Positions 1 through 12,792 of a stretch of DNA of 64,000 nucleotides are shown here, piece after piece (within the stretch, counting starts at the first letter, position 1; the number at the start of each line of letters is the position of its first letter). A program made the position numbers and the translations under genes. The stretch is from Cenococcum geophilum (lineage: Eukaryota). Location of the stretch: assembly GCA_050273025.1 (NCBI GenBank), contig CP158635.1, positions 10,788,001 to 10,852,000 on the forward strand, read 5' to 3'. Under the pieces are notes generated by a model. It was not told the origin of the DNA and did no database searches. It was given only the letters and a program-made list of their open reading frames with translations.

Positions 1-1855
1 GCAGCTAAACTAATGCTAAGTATACTAGAACGAGTTCCTCTCTAGTTTTAACTTTAAAATTATATATAGACTAGGAGTATAAGGTACTAAGCTTAATAGC
101 CTAGTACACCGCTCGCAAGACCTCCCTTAGTTAAAAAAAGACCCTTAAAATTAGTTCCAATAATAAACAATCCTAAAAGCACGGAATTTAGCCTTAGGTA
201 TACTACCTATAATAAAGTTAACAGTACCTGAGCTTTATACTATAGAACTAGAGTTACCTCCTAAAATTAATAAACTTATTACTACGGTATATAACACCTC
301 TATTAACCTATTACTATATTAACTTATTACCGTAAAGACTGCTAGCGCCTATATGCTACCTACTAACCTCTAAAGCCTAGGCTAGATTAATATAGCAGCC
401 TTAGAAGTAAAAGAGAATAGACTCTATTATAGAGGCCGCCTATTTATCCCTAACTTAGAAAACCTATAACGGCAACTAATTTAAATAGCCTATAACCTCC
501 GGTTAAGCGGCTACCTAGGTAAAAAAGGAACCTATAAGCTCCTTAGCCAATACTACTTCTAGCCTAAGATAATAGACTTAGTTAAACGCTTTATAGGTGC
601 CTACTACGGTTATAAGCGCGCTAAAGCCTTTAATATAAAGTACTAAGGACTATTATATCCTCTACTAGTACCTATACGACAATAGGCAGACATTATTATA
701 GATTTTATTGTTAACCTACCACCCTATAAATAACACGGCCGTACCTATAAGAATATTCTTATAATAATATACCAACTTATAAAAGAGCGCTACTACGTCC
801 TAATAGAAGGCGTAGCCGTTAGTAATATTACTAACGCCTTTTTCTGCAAAGTTTACCAATTATATAGGTTACCTAACTTAATTATATCCGACTAAGGTAT
901 ATAGTTTAACTCCGATATATAGAGACAAATTTGCTAATACTTTAGCATCTCCGTTAAAATATCTATATCCTTTTACTATAAAACTGCTGGGTAACCGAAA
1001 AACGCGAATGCTAGTATAAAAGCGTACCTATAATAGGTAGTCGTCTATAGTTAAGATAACTAGGTAGATTACCTTCTACTAGGTAAATTCGCAGTAAATA
1101 ACTACGTCTTAACCACTATAGGACTTACCCCGTTCTTCGCGAATAAGGGCTATTACCCCTAATCTAGTATAGAGCCACTAGAACCTATTAATAAGAAACT
1201 GCTATATAGAAAACGCCTTAAGATGCTACTTGCCGACTAGTATGCAGACTGTATAAAAAATCTACTTAACTACTATAAGGGAGAAATGGCCTAGGCTTAA
1301 GTAAAGTAGGTTTACTTTACTAACTGCTATAGAACGCCACTACTGGAGATACGTGTTAATAATTGGGTATAGCTAGATATACGCAATATCTCCATATAAA
1401 GGCCTATAAAGTTACTTAATTATAAGAACCTTAGCCCCTATTAAATTAAATAAGTTATTAATAGAGGAGCCGTATATAAGCTAGAGCTCCTATCTACCTT
1501 AGCTACCCGTAGGATATAGCCTATATTTTACCTATAGCTACTATACCTTTACTAGCCTAACCCCTTACCGGGATAGATATAGCCTAAACCCCTATTAGTA
1601 CTAATCTGAGATAAGAACGAATATAAGAACCATAAGGAGTAGACCATTAAACAAATTATTAACTCTAAATACTTTGGTAAAGGTAGAGGACGGCGGCTCT
1701 ACTATAGAGTTATCTATATAGGATTTAATATAGACTAGCCAGAATAGTAACTATAGGAAGACTTTAAAAACACAAAGGATTTAATTAGCGATTTTTACTA
1801 TACGAACCCATAGAAACTAGGCCTAAGTAGAGATTTTGTACCTAATCCTCTATAG
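1..1855 (+). mobile_element. RIP-degenerate Ty3/Gypsy chromovirus pol 3' part (integrase + chromodomain), family C; host of later insertions
   Basis: De-RIP reading gives integrase-like HPG..TY.LL..YFWP (~505-570), TPFFANKGYHP (~1125-1160) and a chromodomain-like EWTIEQIVDSK...Y.V.Y.G...PEWQPWED (~1637-1765). The element continues at 4622-4801, 12758-12792 and 19335-19636. Confidence 0.8.
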
Positions 1856-2057
1856 TGTTAGCGACTTAGTTAATTAAGGCACGAGCACGGTATAAGGGAC
1901 GCGCAAGCCTCTACGATTGGATTGTCTATAAACGAGAATCTAAAGCTAGAGAAAGGAAAGGAGAAGAAGAGCAGCGCCGATCGAAGTAGGGTTCTTTTAT
2001 GCGGTCCTCTAGTCACGTGACCGCGAAGTTCTGCCAAGTTCTGCCAGTGCCGTAACA
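1856..2057 (-). repeat. 3' LTR, family A
   Basis: TGTTA...TAACA termini; direct repeat of 4415-4616; related to 20113-20339, 44128-44351 and 49899-50122. Confidence 0.92.
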
Positions 2058-4414
2058 TTCCCCTCCCTCCGTAAAAGCCTGCCCTTAGGCTTTATATATC
2101 CGTATTATGCCTATAGGGCGTTCTTATCTTTATGTTCTTCCGGTAGCTTATTGTCTTTACTATACTAGTACTCTATCTACTCGTTTAGGTACTTTAAGGG
2201 TCCTAGTTTATTAGGGTAACGGCTATAGAATTCTTAAAGCTTATAGGAACTGCTAATAAAGTTCCATATAGGGTACTAGATAGGGTTTAGATTATAGCCT
2301 TTCTAACTAACGTGGTACTTTAGCGTTTTCCTTACTAGTTTATAGGCTAGTACTTCTTTAATTTCCTATTTATCGTCGCTATTAACTTAAATTAGTAGGG
2401 GAGGTTCGTTCTTTTATTTAGGCAATAGGTTGTTTATAGCTTTTTATAGCTTATCTAGTAAGAAAATAGGGTAAACCTTAATTAAATCCAGGAGCTTTAT
2501 TTTATATAAGTTACCTATCTTTTTAAAACCCTTATATGGTCCCGCTATTTAATAGTCTAGCTTATAGCTAGGCCGTTCTATCTTCTAGTTCTTTGTTATA
2601 ACCTAGACTATATCGCCTATAGTAAAGTTAGGTTCGCGCCTATACTTATTTACCTGCTATTCTATTAATTTTTAGGCCTTTTCTAGATTAAGCTATAAGC
2701 CTAAATAGCCTAGTTATTTTCTCTTTAAGATTATATTATAGCTTCCTAGGTCCGTAATAAGGAAGGGGATATTATACTACCTTTATCTATTAATATAAAG
2801 GTAAATCCGTAATATAGTTATAATAGGTAGCCTTATCCGTCCGTTATACCCGCGAATAAAAATTAGTTTAGGCAGTTCTTTAAAGGGTATATTTAAAAAG
2901 TTAGCTAGCTTTATAGCGTATTAGGTATCTATTAAGGTAAAGGTATTTACTTTAGAGTTAGCTAAAGTAGAGGTTAAAACTTAATATCTATTACGGAATA
3001 AAGTATAAGGGATAGTGAAGCTTTTTTTACTAACTAGCTAACCTAGATTAATATATAATATATTAATCCCTTTTAACCCTAAAGAGGAGTCTTTTTTTAG
3101 GGTTCCTCTTTTTCTAACTCCGTACTATCCTTCTAGATTAATAAAACTTTATCCCTTTTTATGTTTATTAGGTAGTCTTTTATAATATAGCCCTTTTAGC
3201 CACAAGAGAAGTAGGCGCCTTAATTGCTAAGGGCCTATATATAGGGGCTGCTATATATAGGCCGAGTATTTACTGGACCTATAGTAGGACTAGCTATATA
3301 GCCAGCTGCTATATTGGCGGTAGGCTATATAGCTAGTGCTGTGGGAGTTATTAATTATACTAGGGCACTACGGGCCGTTCTTACGTTACTTATAATCTAA
3401 TTTAGAGGGTTTTTAGCTTTATACCGTTTAGCGCGTGCCTTAATTTAATAAAGGCCTTAGTTAATAGCTAAGTACTAATCTATAAGTTCCTTTAGCGTCT
3501 ATACAGTAGTAAAAACTAGTAGTACGGCCCGCTATAGGTCTAGGGTAAGCTTATTAAATAGGTCTAGTATTAAATCTTTCTAGGGAATTTAGGCTTAGCT
3601 AGCTAGGTATAAAAAGCGAGTCAAAAAGGTTAAAAAGGTCTCTATTGTTTTTATATTTAGGCCTTTATAATTAAGGTGGGCGTTTTATACCTTAAAGGGG
3701 TCCTTATAGATAGAAAATAAGTAGTTAATTATTTCTTCTTTAGAGGTAAAAGGGTTTATTAAGTCCTTGGTATATTACGGGCGTAGGTACATTTAGGTGT
3801 CCCTATTAGTACGGCTAAAGATATAGGCTATTTAGGCCTAAGGGGTAGGAAAGTAGTTAGTATTAACTTTAAGCTTATCCTATAATTAGAGCTTCCAGTT
3901 ATTAAATATAGGGTTTGTTCCATCTATAAGCAATAGGGGATCCGCGACCTTTATAGACCGCGATAGTACTATATAGGGCTTAGTGGGTCCGCTAAGGCGC
4001 TAGGATACGGCCTTAAGGACCATAGCAAGTCTCTAGGTATTTAATAATTTATTACTAAATATAGAAGTAGGGGTATCTCTAGCTTTAAGCAGCTCTTACA
4101 GTTATTTAATCTTAGTATTAGCTACTACTAGCTCTGCCTAGGGGTTTAAGATATTAACTATTTTATTATCTAAGGTATTTAAAGGTCCTGCAGCTGCTTT
4201 ACTAGCTGCTGTATTTCTTAGCATAGTAATAGGAGTGTTAGATAATTTTAGGTAAATTCCTTAGGGTTCTGGTCTATGCTTGTCCTATTCTTAGGGTTTG
4301 TGTTTTTTTTATATTCTTTAGTTCTAGTTCTTATTTTAGTCTTTATTCTTATTTTAGTCTTTAAATATATTTAAGTTCCTTCTTAGGAAGAAAGGGTAGA
4401 TAAGCTTTAGATAA

Positions 4415-4616
4415 TATTAGCGACTTAGTTAATTAAGGCACGAGTACAATATAAGGGACGCGTAAGCCTATACAATTGGATTGTCTATAAACAAGAATCT
4501 AAAGCTAGAGAAAGGAAAGGAGAAGAAGAGCAGCGCCGGTTAAAGTAGGGTTCTTTTATGCGGTCCTTTAGTTACGTAACCACGAAGTTCTACTAAGTTC
4601 TACCAGTGCCGTAATA
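4415..4616 (-). repeat. 5' LTR, family A
   Basis: Same length as 1856-2057 and differing mostly by C>T/G>A transitions. Confidence 0.92.
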
Positions 4617-4801
4617 TATAGGAGTCCTTAGAGAGTTAAACCGTTATATATTGCTACGTAAGGGTAAATTGCCGTTAAATTACCGTTAGATTGCCGTAGA
4701 TTGCCGTTACATAATAGTAAAGTGCAATTATATAACTGGAAATTATTAAAATGTCTAGAAACTTTAACCAGCGGTTAAAGTTATCTAATTAGTTAGATTC
4801 T

Positions 4802-5226
4802 TATAACGGAACCTTGTAGCAAGAACTACAATAGGCTCGTTAATGGGCTAGGTGTATAGGAAATGCAAGTATAAAAGTCAATAACGTAATAACAACTGGT
4901 GGAGTAGTTGCCTAATAGATTAACTCCAATTATATTCTAAGAATTACTACAAAGAAGGAACTATCTAGGTAGGAACTAAGGGTCCTTAAATACACAACCG
5001 TACTCTTATAAAATCCTTCTTATACGTAATATACGTCTTATATATAAGGTACATAAGTTCCTCTCATTCCTCTTATTTAATACGTAGCATATTATATAAC
5101 CTCAGTTACTATTTCTCATCATATAGTTCTATTGGCTCTATTCCAAACCGTGCCTAGATTAACTAACTAGCTTCTTCCGTCTCTTCTTTAAGTAGTTATA
5201 ATATCGTACTTAAAGCGTCTATAACA
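4802..5226 (-). repeat. 3' LTR, family B
   Basis: Direct repeat of 12328-12752, next to the PPT. Confidence 0.92.
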
Positions 5227-5364
5227 CCATCTCCCTCCTCTTTATCTTTATCCTTAAAGATTCAAAACATCTCTAAGTCGTTTACTAGAGGTGTAATATC
5301 TATTTAATTAATTTGGTTAATATCATTGCTTATTATACCTAAAGTAATTTCTTCTTTACACGCC

Positions 5365-5900
5365 CAATGTCGTGCTCGCATTATTACTATAATATTATCT
5401 CTTAGTGAAATTATGCCGTCTCTGTATTCTCGTTATTCGAAAAAGGGGTTAGTTTATATTACGTTAGTAAACCCATCTTCGTAATAACCGTCCTCTTATT
5501 TAGAGTGTACTAAAGCGAATATTTATTTATCCTATAACGTTCGCTCTACTTCTAATACTAAATATACGCGACCTATTACTCTTAATAGTCGTCTAGTTCC
5601 CTAATTAATTTGTCTTAGGGTTTTATATTTAATCTACTACTACGCGGCTAGATAGTAAACTATTATAAGCCCTTACTAAGTTAGAACATTCTTATAATAC
5701 GGAACAGAAGGCCCTAAATACTCAAATCACGGCATCTACTCATCTACTTTGTCTTAAGAAGGTTCATAAGAAGGTTTATTTTAAGAAGTGGAAACTTATA
5801 AAATAAGGCTTATAGGAACTAGGTAATAAAAGAACGGATTCTCCTCTAATAGAGAAGGAAACAGATCTAAGTAGTTCAGCAACTACTCTTCTTAGGTCCC
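5365..5900 (+). pseudogene. Antisense accessory ORF remnant in the family B 3' region, Cys-rich (Zn-cluster-like) motif
   Basis: De-RIP reading of ~5370-5550: RARI.A.ILSLGEIMPSPCSRCSKKGLVC.TL.NPSS.QPSSC.ECTKAN...SCDVRS. A related copy lies at ~20480-20750 (minus strand). Boundaries are approximate. Confidence 0.5.
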
Positions 5901-8900
5901 CCTTAGGTGACTTATTCTTTAGCGATCCTTCTTTATTAATGCTGCCTAACCTAATTTCTTCTAATACTCCTATACCTTTCCTATAGCGTTCTTTAAATTC
6001 TCTAGTAGCTCCTAGATAGTCTTAGTATAGCCTATTTACTTAACCTCGTACTATATTTCGTTATTAATGTCCTTATAATTAATAATCTTTAAAACTTACT
6101 ATTCATCTTCATCTTATCCTTTATACGTGTCTACTTTATAAACCGATAGCTTAACATTCCTATATACTGGCTCTAGCATTACAATATACTATATAGGGTA
6201 GATCTTTATTTTAGCTAGTAGGTTTAACTTAAATATAACTAGTGAAATTCTCTATATAATTTTAAAAGGTCCTAGTCTAACATAGTCTAATTTCTTACTT
6301 AGTCGTTAACTCTTGAAATTTTTATATAGTAGCTACACTTTATCTCCCTCCTTAAGATCTAGTCCCTTAGATCTTTTAGCATTATAGTACCTTTTTATTC
6401 TCTTTTATACTTTCTTTACTAATTCCATAAGGTCTATATAAAGATTTATCAATATCTTTATTCTCTCTTTAGCTATACTACTCGTTTTCTTTACTTACCA
6501 TAGTAATAACGATATTCTCGGCTCGTACCCATAATTTGCCTTAAATAGTAATATGCCTATTCCTTCTTAAGGTGTTGCATTATATGCAAACTATATAATT
6601 AGTAATAGCGATACCTAATTATTCTGTATATAATTAATATAATACCTTAGGTACTACTCTAGTGTCTAATTTAACCTTTCCGTTTAACCGTCTGTCTGCG
6701 GATAATATACGGTAAAAGTTGCTGCTTAAACTCCTTACTCCGCTAAGAATACTTTCTAAAATACTGCTACAAATCTTAGATCTCTATCCAATATAATCTT
6801 ACTTAGTATTCTATATCTTACAAACACTTCTTTAATATAAATTCTAGTAATATCTTCCACTAAGATTTCTTCTATATATGCTATAAAGTATCCCCACTTT
6901 ATAAGCTTATCTACTATTACTAAGATCACGTTATAATCCTATCCAGTAATAGGATCTTTTAATTTTAGCAACTTAATAATAAAGTCCTATAATATAACCT
7001 CCCATAATCTCTCTGGTATTTTAATAGGTTATAGCCCTTTATATAGCTTATGCCTCATTAGTTTATTCCTTTAGTAATCTAGATATTCCTTTATAACCTT
7101 TCTAGCTATCTTCTAAATTCTATTAATAATATACTTCTCCTAGAGTCTCAACACTAAGCCCATAGCTCTATTATGTCCTTAGGTTAGTCCCTTATAAAAG
7201 TCTTCTATAAACTACTCTACTATGCTTCTTAGGATATACTTTACTTCTTAATTTTCGTATATATCCGTCTATAAATCTTTTAGCTATACTTCTAGAATTC
7301 TTTATACCTAAAAGCTTTCTAGTGTCTTATAGACTTTTTTTAGTTTATTATCTTCTTAAGTTGCTATAATTTTTAGATAATTATACCTAATTAATCCGTC
7401 TATATCTTTCCGTAATAAAGCCCCTAATAGCTTTCCCTTATTTTATAGTTTAGTTTTATAGCTTAGGGTATTTGCCCGCATATTGTCTATACCTTTAGTA
7501 TACTAAATCTTGAAATAGTATTCCGCAAGCATCTCTGCCTATCTAACCTATCTTTAGTTAAGTTCCTTTATCGTTAGGAATCCTATTAGGTTCTTATAAT
7601 CCATTTTAACTATAAATGGTTTTTCTATACCTTATAAGAATGCTCTCTATTTCTTTAATGCTGTAACTATACCTAACAACTCCTTATTGTAGATATTATA
7701 GTTTAACTCTAGTAGTGTTATCTTTCGACTATAGTATGCTACTAGATGCCATCTATCTTAATGCCTTTATATAAAGTATACCCCTAGTATATAGTCTAAT
7801 GCATCTATTTCTACAACCGTCTCTAGTTCTAGTTGGTAGATCTTAAGAACTGGCTCCTAGGTGAACAACTCTTTAACTTTCTTAAAGAGTTCTCTTTACT
7901 CCTTTCTCTATACCTATAGTTCTTCTTTCTTTATTAACCGCGTAAATGGCTTAATATCTTTTAACTACTACGCTATAAACCTTTTATAGTAATTGCAAAA
8001 CCTTAAAAACAATCTTAACTGTATAATATTCTCTAATTTCTACTAATTCACTATAGCCTTAATCTTTTTTAGATCTATACTAAGTTGGCTTAATTTAATA
8101 ATAAATCTAACAAAATCGGTTTTCCTAGTAAAGAATTTGCATTTCTTAATTGCTACTAGCATCTATTCTTCTTATAGTCTCTTTAAAACCTATTTAACGT
8201 ATTCCCCGTATTCTTTCTTAGTTATTAAGTAGATAATAATATCGTTAAAATATGCTATAATAAATTTATCTAAGTGTTCTCCTAATATATTATTAATACG
8301 CTTCTAGAACGTTGCTAGTACATTTATAAGCCCAAATTATATAACTAATAGTTTGTATAGTCCTTCCTTTAACCTAAAGGCTGCCTTTTATTCATCACCT
8401 TCCTTAATCCTAATTTAATAGTACGCCTATCTTAGATCTATCTTCATGAAGATTTACGCATTACCTATCCTATCTTAGATTTCGCTAATTAAGGGTAAAG
8501 GATACCTATCCTTCCTGGTAATGCTATTTAACTATCTATAGTTAATACATAGCCTTAGTTTACTATTCTTCTTTAGTATAAATAGTACTGGATAACCCGC
8601 TGATAACTACAATAGTCTAATATATCCCTTTTATAGATTTTCCTAGATAAACTCTTTTAACGCTCTACCTTCTTCTTTAGTAAGCTTATAGATTAAAAAG
8701 AACCTTAGACTTATTCCTAGCTCTAATTCTATCTTATAGTCCTATACTATATATTCTAACAGCTTTTTACTTTCTAGTGACTATAGTTTCTTACCATACT
8801 TATAGTATCTCTTTAGTATATAACTTAGTCCTTTTTCTATTTCTTCGTAGGTTGCTCCTACTTAGTACTATACTAACTTAGCTTATTGTTATATCTTACG

Positions 8901-11900
8901 GCGTTAAGTATTTCTAATATTGACCTAACCTATAATCTAATTAATCCTTAGATTGTATTTCTATAACTAAGGTATACCTAATACTACCTTATCCCGTCCT
9001 AATAGTAGGATATTAAAAGATATCTTAATTTATCTTCCTTTAATAGTTATCTAAATAGGTCCTATTTTAAGATTAATAATTCCTCCTCTATAGGTTATTA
9101 GATCTCCTAAAATCGTAATTAATAGGTAAGGTTACTCCTTTTATCTATAAGGTAGTCCCATTCTCTTAACTACTACTAGTAAGATATAGTTTTATATTAC
9201 TCTACTATCTATTAGCGCTTTAAACTGCTAATCTTACTAATTAACTTATAAATTTAGGTATTGTCCTTAAATTCCTTTAAGGGTCTAAGGCTCTACTACT
9301 AGCTCCCTCTAGTTCTATAGGCCTCTACTTTTCCTAACTATTAGCTACTTAATCCTAGTATACTTAGCTTACTCTTTAGCCAATACTTTATTTGCTTTTT
9401 ATCTTTAATATACTATAGATACATATTCTTTAGGTATTCCCACTACTATTATCCGTCTAAGTATTCTTCCGTAAGGAATTTTCCTGGTTAAAGTACTAAA
9501 CTTCCTTTCTCTTAGATCTCTATTAGATGCCATCTATATATATATTTGGCATTTCTATACTATTACTTATCCGTTATCTAGTATATCCTTATAAGGTATT
9601 TCCAATTCTTTTTTTTTAAATTCTTATATATTTCGTATATATCGTCTACGCATATAATCCATGATATTATGTAATATACTAGGTGCTTTAGGTTAACTCT
9701 TAGCTCGTCTTTATCCCTAAGTTTAAACCTTTATTATGCTGATCTAAACGTTATAACTTTATTCGCAGGTATTAAGATACGCCTCTTACTTCTCTAGTCC
9801 TCTAAATATTCCTCTAGATCCTTTGACGTTATAATTAAGGCTCCTTTAATATACGTTATAGCCTTCTCTATAATTAGGTGGTTTTAGATAACTTTTTTAT
9901 CTAACTATATATAGAAATCTTCCTACTTATTATTGTGCCTTTACCTATACCACTTTTGGTATAGCTGCTAAAGTATATATAGTCTGTCCGTAAGGAAATA
10001 TCTTCTTATTACTATATTGTAATAGCCCTTTATATATCGTTCCTTAAACCTAGTTAGAATTCCTAAATCCTCTTTTTATTCCAGTTTAGTAAGCCACTTA
10101 GCTCTTAGTATACCTACTCTTAGCCTATTAGTAATTTTTTATACTAGTACTCTATCCTTTATACGTCCTAATATACTAGATCTCTTATCTAGTTTCTATT
10201 CTTGCTATACGATGATTTTTTGCCTAAACTCTTTTATAGTTTCTTTTGGTTTGCGCCTTACGCTCTAATCCTTAAAGTCGTCTTACTTCTTAATTTTAGT
10301 ATTAACTTTTTAATCTTTAGGCTAAATACTATACTCTTTTAGTAAGTCTTCTAGGTTTATATATCTGTCTCCTAGTCTAATTGCTATTTGTACTACAGAT
10401 TCTCTAATTTATAAAGAAGCTCCTTGCCTCTTATTTATAGGTGTCCTAATTTATACTTTAAATTCTTAACCCCTTAGATTCTTTAATCCTAAACTTACTT
10501 CTAACTTAAGCTTAGCTCCTGCCTTAGTCTAACTAGGCTTAGCTAGTGTCCTCGTCTTATCTTAAGAGTTCTAGATCTCACTTATCTCGTCTTAAAAATC
10601 TTATACTATTAGGAATTCTTATCCTAAGCTTATTTATATATCTTTAAACTAAGCTACTACTCTGCTCTATTAGTTTCTATCCATTATAGGTCCTTAAGCT
10701 TACCTTATCTTATCTTAAGAATCTTAGTTATCTCTTATCTTATCTTAAGAATCTTAAGCCTTTAGCCTTTTGCCTTTATTAAGTGCCAAAGTAGTTTACT
10801 ATCTTACTTCTCTTATATCTTGCAAAGCGATAGACATTATATCTAGTGGGGTTTTAATCCCTACTAATATTCCCTATTCTATAGTGGAATTATCCTTTAC
10901 CTTTAGTATAACATCTCCGAGGTCTACTCGCTCCTAGTAAGCGGCCCTTATTACCTTATTATTACAAAATATTTCGCCTATATTAAATTTATCGTCCTTA
11001 ATATCCGATCTGTAAACTAGTTTATTAATTCCTCTATATCCTATAGGTGCTAGCTCCTATAGCTAATAGCTTACGCTATACTTAGCATTCTTATAAATTT
11101 GGTATATATTATTATAATAAAACGCAAAACTTCTAATTAAATATTCTTTTGTTCCTCGTAGTATATTATCATCCCTTTATATATATATATTGTCTACTAG
11201 TCTTATACCCTTTACTATATAGTGACTCTATTTATTTTTATAGTCTCTAATATAATAACCCTATTTTCCATAATTTATATAAGCTCCTTTTTTAAACTAT
11301 TTTTCTTACTATAGAGTCCGCCTAAATATCTTCTGCTATTAAAATCCCTAATTCGGCCTCTACTTTTTAGACCTTTAATTACTTAATCCTTATCCTCTAG
11401 GTTTCTATAGTTTGCTCCATCTCTTATAGGCTTCTTTAGTACTACTTAGGTCTATTAGCTCTACGCTATACCATAGTTTCTAACTTAGCTTTTATTATTA
11501 CGTACTCTACGCCTTATATAATTATAGAACTCTATCTTAGCCTTTCTTAGCCTATTCCCTTTAGTAAATCTAATTATTAATCTTAATCGCCTAATCTATT
11601 AGTTCTCTTAGAGTTTCCGTATCTTCCATTAGAATAATTACATTCTAGACTTTAGCCTTAAGTCCCTATTTATACTATGCTATAAGCGCCCTATTATTCT
11701 ACTCTACTTATATTACTAGTGTTTAGAACTATATTATATACTTAATTGCTAAAGTTTATTATATAAGGTTCTGGAGTTTTTTTTCTACTATAGTTATCCC
11801 TTCTGGGTCTCTAAATATCTGTATAAGTTATTCTACAAATCCTTCCTAACTTAAGAACATAAATCGCACGTCTTAGTTAGTAGTCATTATTCCATTTACC

Positions 11901-12327
11901 TATATCTCCATAAGGTAAGATTTAAACTACTTAAGTGCTTTTCCTAATAAGAATAGTCCCACATAGGCTATCCGATCCACGGGTATAGGTAACTTTACTT
12001 CCTCCTATAAGACCTTAAAGTACATCTATATAAGGAATCCTTTAAGCTTTAACCTCTCTCCTATAAATCTCTTAATTAATAATAGCTTAATCTTTGCTGC
12101 TCCTATCCTATTAAGTCTTTCTTCCAACACTATATTATTAGCTATTAGCTAGTTAACTACCTCCTATAGCTGTCTAACCGTCACAGGTTGCTATAAGTTA
12201 GTATCTACTATACTAGTATTACCTCCTGTCCTTAAAGTAGTTGCTGCCATTAATGGCGTCATAGTGGCTGCTTTTAGTAGCATATTATTTAACTTCTTAT
12301 ATTAATACTATAACTGGGTAGTAATTA

Positions 12328-12752
12328 TATAACGGAACCTTATAGCAAGAACTATAATAGGCTCGTTAATAGGCTAGGTGTATAGGAAATGTAAGTATAA
12401 AAGTTAATAACGTAATAATAACTGGTGGAGTGGTTGCCTAATAGATTAACTCTAATTATATTCTAAAAATCACTATAAGGAAGGAACTATCTAGGTAGGG
12501 ACTAAGGGTCCTTAAATACACAACTATACTCCTATAAAATCCTTCTTATACGTAATATACGTCTTATACATAAGGTACGTAAGTTCCTCTTATTCCTCTC
12601 GTTTAATACGTAGCACATCATATAACCTTAGTTACCATTCCTCGTCACATAGTTCTATCGGCTCTATTCTAGACCGTGCCTAGATTAACCAACTAGCTTC
12701 TTCCATCTCTTCTCCAAGTAGTCGTAACATCGTACTTAAAGCATCCGTAACA
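12328..12752 (-). repeat. 5' LTR, family B
   Basis: Direct repeat of 4802-5226, followed by TSD ATTCT. Confidence 0.92.
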
Positions 12753-12792
12753 ATTCTTAGGTACTAAGCCTTATTATATAACGTTATTGCAA

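Larger units (their letters stand above)
1856..4616 (-). mobile_element. Internally deleted Ty3/Gypsy LTR retrotransposon, family A (gag, protease part, integrase end/chromodomain)
   Basis: 202-bp LTRs at 1856-2057 and 4415-4616; 5-bp TSD TATAG (1851-1855, 4617-4621); polypurine tract complement TTCCCCTCCCTCC at 2058. Collinear with 44128-50122 except for a missing ~3.1 kb. Confidence 0.92.
4802..12752 (-). mobile_element. Full-length RIP-inactivated Ty3/Gypsy chromovirus, family B
   Basis: 425-bp LTRs at 4802-5226 and 12328-12752; TSD ATTCT (4797-4801, 12753-12757); PPT complement at 5227. Minus-strand de-RIP motifs: gag CCHC knuckle (~11240-11280), protease LIDSG (~9200), RT Y.DDI (~8240), RNase H ETDASD (~7800), integrase, chromodomain (~5980-6110). 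Confidence 0.93.

Noticed and set aside
4747..4800. Hammerhead ribozyme in the shared hairpin motif
   Set aside because: GAAAC...GTT is present, but no CTGAnGA core can be recovered at the required position even allowing RIP changes.
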